A stretch of 64,000 nucleotides of DNA from Opitutia bacterium (GTDB lineage: Bacteria > Verrucomicrobiota > Verrucomicrobiia > Opitutales > Opitutaceae): positions 1 through 64,000 of the forward strand of contig CANJVR010000003.1 of the NCBI GenBank assembly GCA_947478395.1, read 5' to 3'. A program made the position numbers and the translations under genes. Below, in pieces: positions 59,261-64,000 of the stretch. Numbering within the stretch: position 1 is the first letter of the stretch; each line of letters opens with the position of its first letter. The notes under the pieces were generated by a model. It saw only the letters and a program-made list of their open reading frames with translations, was not told where the DNA came from and did not search any database.

Positions 59261-60490
59261 TCATGCCGGCGCAGCCTTGGCCGACAAAACGGCGCGGAAA
59301 ATCTCCACCGATTTCGACAATTCGTCCGCCGTTGCCGTCAGCGGCGGCAGCAGGCGGATGACGTTTCCGCCGGAAGGCGTCGCCAGCAAACCACGCTCGC
59401 GCAGCGCCGTGACGTACGGCGCGACGTCGTTCGCCATTTGTACGCCGACCAAAAATCCACGGCCGCGGACGGCGACCATCTGCGCCGGGAAATCCTGCAT
59501 GAGTTGTCCGAGCTGTTGCATCCACGTCGCACCCGCCTGCGAAACATGCGCGAGTAGTTGCTCGCGCTCGATGACGTCCAGCACGGCGAGTCCGGCGGCG
59601 CACGCGAGAGGCGTGCCGCCAAACGTCGTGCCGTGCGAACCAGGCTGAAACAGATCAGCGCCGCGTTCGCCCGCCCAAATGGCACCGATCGGGAAACCGC
59701 CGCCCAGCCCTTTGGCCATCGCGATGGCGTCGGGTCGGACACCGGCGTGTTCGAAGGCGTAAAATTTTCCGGTGCGACCGAGCCCGCACTGTACCTCGTC
59801 GAGCAGCAGCAGGAGATTGTGCTGATCGCACAGACGGCGCAGACCGAGCAGGAACTCCGGCGTGCAGGGATTCACACCACTTTCGCCTTGGATGGATTCG
59901 ACGAATATCGCCGCGGTAGCGTCATCGATTAAATCGGCGAAGCTCTGGAGATTGTTCAGCTCGCCAAACGAAAATCCGGGCACCAGCGGACGAAACCCTT
60001 TCTGAATTTTTTCCTGCGGCGTCGCGCTCATGCCGCCGAACATGCGGCCGTGAAATGCGTTTTTCGCGCCGATGATTTTGTAGCACTTCAATTCTTCGCC
60101 GCCGGCTTTGCGCATGCCATGCAAGCGCGCAAGTTTGATCAGGGCCTCATCGGCCTCGGCTCCGCTGTTGCAGAAAAAAATTCGCCCTGGGCCCGCATAC
60201 CCGACCAGCCGCCGTGCGAGTTCCGCCTGATTGGGATGACGAAAAAGATTACTGGTATGAATCAGCTCGGCGGCCTGCCGCTGGATGGCGGCCACCCAAT
60301 GCGGGTGGCAATGACCCAGCGCGCTGACGGCGATACCCGAGGTGAAATCGAGATAGCTCTGGCCCGCGTCGTCCCACACCCGCGTGCCGCTGCCGCGCGT
60401 TAGCGTCAGCGCGGCGCGCGCGTAATTTTTCATCACGTGGGCATCGTACAGGTCCGCGGTGCTGGTGCGGATAAGGGAGGGAGTGCTCAT
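59261..60490 (-). CDS. argD: Acetylornithine aminotransferase
   Basis: NSGAEA, FHGR, IQGESG, DEVQCG.GRTG, AKGLGGG, HGTTFGG. Confidence 0.93.
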   Translation of the reverse strand: MSTPSLIRTSTADLYDAHVMKNYARAALTLTRGSGTRVWDDAGQSYLDFTSGIAVSALGHCHPHWVAAIQRQAAELIHTSNLFRHPNQAELARRLVGYAGPGRIFFCNSGAEADEALIKLARLHGMRKAGGEELKCYKIIGAKNAFHGRMFGGMSATPQEKIQKGFRPLVPGFSFGELNNLQSFADLIDDATAAIFVESIQGESGVNPCTPEFLLGLRRLCDQHNLLLLLDEVQCGLGRTGKFYAFEHAGVRPDAIAMAKGLGGGFPIGAIWAGERGADLFQPGSHGTTFGGTPLACAAGLAVLDVIEREQLLAHVSQAGATWMQQLGQLMQDFPAQMVAVRGRGFLVGVQMANDVAPYVTALRERGLLATPSGGNVIRLLPPLTATADELSKSVEIFRAVLSAKAAPA

Positions 60491-60494
60491 TTTT

Positions 60495-60581
60495 CGATGA
60501 TTGATTCTCGATTTTTGATTTCCGGCCGTGGTCTCCGATTAAATCGAAAATCCCGATTCGAAGTTCAAAAATTAAGAAATC
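60495..60581. repeat. Inverted tandem heptamer element between argB and argD
   Basis: TCGATGA TTGATTC TCGATTT TTGATTT ... AAATCGA AAATCCC ... GAAATC. Confidence 0.55.
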
Positions 60582-61461
60582 AGCCGTGCACAATTTCAGT
60601 GCCCGTGCCCTCGTGGGTGAAAATCTCGAGCAACACCGAATGCGGCAGACGTCCATCGATGAAGTGCACGCGCTGCACACCTTCTTCAAGGGCGCGCACC
60701 GCACTGCCGACTTTCGGGCGCATGCCTTTGTCGATGACGCCCTTTTCTTTTAATCCGTCGACCTGGCTAATTTTCAGCGTGGAAATAAGCGAGGCGGGAT
60801 CAGGTGGAGCGGAAAGCAGGCCGGGGACGTCGCTCATGTACACCAAGCGCCGCGCGCGGAGCGCACTGGCCACGCGGCCCGCGACCAGATCCGCGTTCAC
60901 GTTGTAGGGCTTGCCGTCGTAGCCTTCGGCGACCGGCGAAATTACCGGGATGAAGCCGTCGGCGATTTCCTTCTTTATTAATTTCACCTTCACCTCGGTG
61001 ACTTCACCGACGAAGCCGAGATCGACGGGATTGCCGTCATCATCCACCGTAAGTTTCTGGCACACGAGGACGCTGTCGCCGGGCAGGCCTTTGGGCTTTC
61101 CGCCGGCGGACACGATGGCGTCGCAGACATCCTTGTTCACGATTTCATCCAGCGTTTTTTTCACGATGGCGATCGTGGCCTCGTCGGTCACGCGCAGGCC
61201 GTTGACGAAATCAGCCTTCAGGCCCGAGCCTTCCATGGCCTTCGTGATCGCCTTGCCGCCGCCGTGCACGACGACGACGTTGATCCCGACCGCGGCGAGA
61301 AAGGCGATGTCGTAGGCCACGCGCGTGCGCGCGACCGGATCAGGATCATCCATGAAACTTCCGCCGTATTTGACGACGAAAGTTGAACCGCGAAAATCCT
61401 GGATGTAGGGCAGTGCTTCGAGCAGCACCTTCGCCTTGGCCGTGATTTCTGCGACGTTCAT
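60580..61461 (-). CDS. argB: Acetylglutamate kinase
   Basis: VVKYGG, VHGGG, GLRVTD, YNVNAD, GMRPKV, LLEIFT..G.GTEI. Start at MNVAE 61461. Confidence 0.95.
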   Translation of the reverse strand: MNVAEITAKAKVLLEALPYIQDFRGSTFVVKYGGSFMDDPDPVARTRVAYDIAFLAAVGINVVVVHGGGKAITKAMEGSGLKADFVNGLRVTDEATIAIVKKTLDEIVNKDVCDAIVSAGGKPKGLPGDSVLVCQKLTVDDDGNPVDLGFVGEVTEVKVKLIKKEIADGFIPVISPVAEGYDGKPYNVNADLVAGRVASALRARRLVYMSDVPGLLSAPPDPASLISTLKISQVDGLKEKGVIDKGMRPKVGSAVRALEEGVQRVHFIDGRLPHSVLLEIFTHEGTGTEIVHG

Positions 61462-61659
61462 GCGCGAACAAGCCCGCGACAATCGAGCGAACGAGACGAA
61501 TAAAAAAGAGAAGAGGCGTGCACGTTTTCCGAGGGAATAAATTTAGTAACGCAGAGCGCGCGACCATTTCCATCACATTTTCACGGCCACGACATATTTC
61601 CATCGATGGAAGCCGGCCCATAAAATCGGCTTCACTCGGCCGCGTCGCGCCACCACTCC

Positions 61660-62982
61660 TTGGCCGTGGCCAGCACTCAATTAATTTTCACCGACCGCGC
61701 GGCGCATCGCGCGTGGCTCGCGCGCCAGGCAAAATTGCCCGCCGGTTTTCGCGTGGGTACCGCCCGATTTGAATTTGTCCCGCGTGAAGCACCCAAGCCC
61801 GCGAAGATGACCCTCACGCTCATCGCACTGGACCGGCCGACGCCGGACTTCGCCGCGATGTTTACGCGCAACGCGCTGCCGGGCGCGCCGATCATCGTCG
61901 GCCGGCAACGGCTGGACGCGCCCACGCTCGGAGCGATCATCGTGAACAACAAAATCTCCAACGTCTGCGCGCCTGGTGGGGTCGCCACCGCCGAACGCAT
62001 TTGCGGCGACGCCGGCGGCCTACTCGGACTCGCCGCCACGCAGGTGCTGCCCAGTTCCACCGGCGTGATCGGCTGGAGCTTGCCCGAGGCCGAGATCGTC
62101 CTCGCATTGCCCCAAGCCGTGGCGGCGCTGGCCGGCGATTCGATTTTGCCGGCCGCAGAAGGAATCGTGACGACCGATCTTTATCCGAAAATTCGCCGGG
62201 CCGACGTGGGCGCAGGCAGCATCGTTGGGATCGCCAAAGGCGCCGGAATGATCGAACCCAACCTGGCGACGATGCTCGTCTACCTGTTAACCGATTTAGC
62301 GGTGCCGCGCGTGGAATTGCGCGCCGCGCTGCAGCGCGCAGTGGAAACGAGTTTCAACACCATCAGCATCGATAGCGACACGAGTACGTCGGACACGGTT
62401 GCGCTCCTTTCTTCGGGCCGCGTGCCGTGTGACGATCTCGCAGCGTTCGAGCGTGGGTTAACTCAAGTGTGCCGCGATCTGGCCGAGGATGTCGTGCGCA
62501 ATGGTGAAGGCGTCCGCCACGTGATTCGCGTGACGGTGCGCGATGCCGCGACCCCGGAACTCGCGCGCGCCTTGGGCAAAGCGATCGTGAACGCGCCGTT
62601 ATTCAAATGCGCGGTGGCGGGAAATGATCCCAACGTGGGCCGGCTTATACAGGCCATCGGCAAGCACGTGGGCGCCCATGCACCGACCACGGATTTGTCG
62701 CGGTTGAGGCTGCGCCTCGGTGGCGTGGAGATTTTCGCAGACGGCGTCTTCCAGTTGAATCCCGAGAAGGAACTCGCCCTGGTCGCTCATCTCCGCGCGG
62801 CGGAACTCTACGCCAGCGCCCCACCGGTCGCCGGCGTGTTTACCGCGGCGGTCGATTTTCCCCCGCACGAACGCTGCGTCGAGATCGAGGTTTCGCCCGG
62901 CAACGGACACGCGGCTGCGACCGTGCTCGGGGGCGATCTCACCCACGAATACGTGAGTGAAAACGCCGACTACCGGAGCTGA
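61660..62982 (+). CDS. argJ: Ornithine acetyltransferase ArgJ
   Basis: SSTGVIG, TTD..PK, AKGAGMIEPNLATML, DSDTSTSD, NGEG, DPNVGR, DLTHEYVSENADYRS. Confidence 0.92.
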   Translation: MAVASTQLIFTDRAAHRAWLARQAKLPAGFRVGTARFEFVPREAPKPAKMTLTLIALDRPTPDFAAMFTRNALPGAPIIVGRQRLDAPTLGAIIVNNKISNVCAPGGVATAERICGDAGGLLGLAATQVLPSSTGVIGWSLPEAEIVLALPQAVAALAGDSILPAAEGIVTTDLYPKIRRADVGAGSIVGIAKGAGMIEPNLATMLVYLLTDLAVPRVELRAALQRAVETSFNTISIDSDTSTSDTVALLSSGRVPCDDLAAFERGLTQVCRDLAEDVVRNGEGVRHVIRVTVRDAATPELARALGKAIVNAPLFKCAVAGNDPNVGRLIQAIGKHVGAHAPTTDLSRLRLRLGGVEIFADGVFQLNPEKELALVAHLRAAELYASAPPVAGVFTAAVDFPPHERCVEIEVSPGNGHAAATVLGGDLTHEYVSENADYRS

Positions 62983-63008
62983 ACGAAGGCGACTTAACGA
63001 CGGATAAA

Positions 63009-64000
63009 TCAAACGAGCCCGGCGGTCTCGGGAAATCCGAACCAGAGGTTCATGATTTGCACCGCCTGCCCACTGGCACCCTTAACCAGATTATCTTCGG
63101 CCGAGGTGAGCACGAAGTTACCGGTGCGCGGATCGTGCACCGCGGAGATATCGATGCGGTTCGTGCCCACGACATGCGCGGTGTCGGGAGTTTCACCGGC
63201 CGGCAGCAGTTGAACAAACGGCGATTCGCTGAACGCTCCACGCCACGCATCGTAGAGCGCTTCGATGGTCGCGCCGGGCGCGGCCGGAACCGTGATGGTG
63301 GTCGCAATACCGCGCCGCATCGGCGCGAGATGGGGATTAAACTGAATGACGACTTTGCCCCCCCCGGTGTGGAGCGTCAGTTGCTCCTCGATCTCGGCCA
63401 GGTGACGGTGCTTGACGAGCCCATAGGCCTTGGCGCTCTCGGCGCGTTCCACAAAAAGATAGGCTTCATCCAATTTCCGCCCCGCCCCGCTGACTCCGCT
63501 GAAAGAGTTGACGACGATATGATCGCGGGCGACGACGCCGGCTTTTAGCAACGGGACCAGAGGAATTAAAATACTGGTTGGGTAACATCCCGGCGCCGCG
63601 ACCAGTTTCGCTTCGGTCTTCCAATTTACCGGCGTCAGTTCGGGCAGCACGAAGCGGGCGGACGCCAGCAATTCGGGCGCATGATGCTCGCCATAGTATT
63701 TTTGGTAGGTGGCCAGCTCCGAGATGCGAAAATCCGCGCTCAGATCGATCACGCGTTTGCCGGCCGCCACCAACGCCCGCGCATAGATCGCGGCGGCGCC
63801 ATGAGGCAGGGCCAGGAAAAAGAGTCCGATGTCGGACTTGGCCAAAGCGGGGGCGTCGGAGTCGACGAATTTCAAACCATGATCGGCACCACGAACCGAC
63901 GGAATGACGCTCCCTAATTTTTTCCCCGCATGGGTGCGCGACGTAACCGCCGAAAGTTCAACCTGCGGATGATTCAGGAGTAGCTTGACCAGTACTTCGC
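63009..64000 (-). CDS. argC: N-acetyl-gamma-glutamyl-phosphate reductase (5' end outside the window)
   Basis: LALPHG, IDLSADFR, PGCYPT, SGVSGAG, HRHLAEI, DNLVKGASGQAVQ. Frame is open to the window edge (..LLLNHPQVEL..). Confidence 0.95.
   Translation of the reverse strand, partial: EVLVKLLLNHPQVELSAVTSRTHAGKKLGSVIPSVRGADHGLKFVDSDAPALAKSDIGLFFLALPHGAAAIYARALVAAGKRVIDLSADFRISELATYQKYYGEHHAPELLASARFVLPELTPVNWKTEAKLVAAPGCYPTSILIPLVPLLKAGVVARDHIVVNSFSGVSGAGRKLDEAYLFVERAESAKAYGLVKHRHLAEIEEQLTLHTGGGKVVIQFNPHLAPMRRGIATTITVPAAPGATIEALYDAWRGAFSESPFVQLLPAGETPDTAHVVGTNRIDISAVHDPRTGNFVLTSAEDNLVKGASGQAVQIMNLWFGFPETAGLV

Overview
GC-rich bacterial chromosome window. Gene content and repeat style suggest Verrucomicrobiota/Opitutaceae (inference). 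Left end (1-14.2 kb): flagellar region with the 5' end of a flagellin gene whose leader carries CsrA-type ANGGA hairpins. It is followed by an inserted HTH + nucleotidyltransferase (AbiE-like) pair, a frameshifted AbrB antitoxin relic, HDOD + PAS pseudo-kinase, and the operon flgF-flgG-flgA-flgH-flgI-flgJ-flgN-flgK-flgL-fliW-csrA behind a sigma54-type promoter. A divergent Cys-less CheD + HDOD pair closes the region. Next come a Sel1 protein, tRNA-Leu(CAG), pectin/hexuronate genes, aminotransferases, kdsD, fumarase, an ECF sigma factor with partner, OppA, OGG glycosylase, a Deg protease, a cluster of secreted unknowns, xylonate catabolism, hupE, ftsY-nusB-ribH, rsmE/rsmD, an Mla/MCE operon led by an unusual Trp-Pro repeat protein, and arginine biosynthesis genes with an inverted argJ. 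Several palindromic REP-like families fill the intergenic spaces. Two copies sit in frame inside ogg and ftsY. No CRISPR array, rRNA, integrase or transposase was seen. All calls come from reading motifs by eye; no searches were run.
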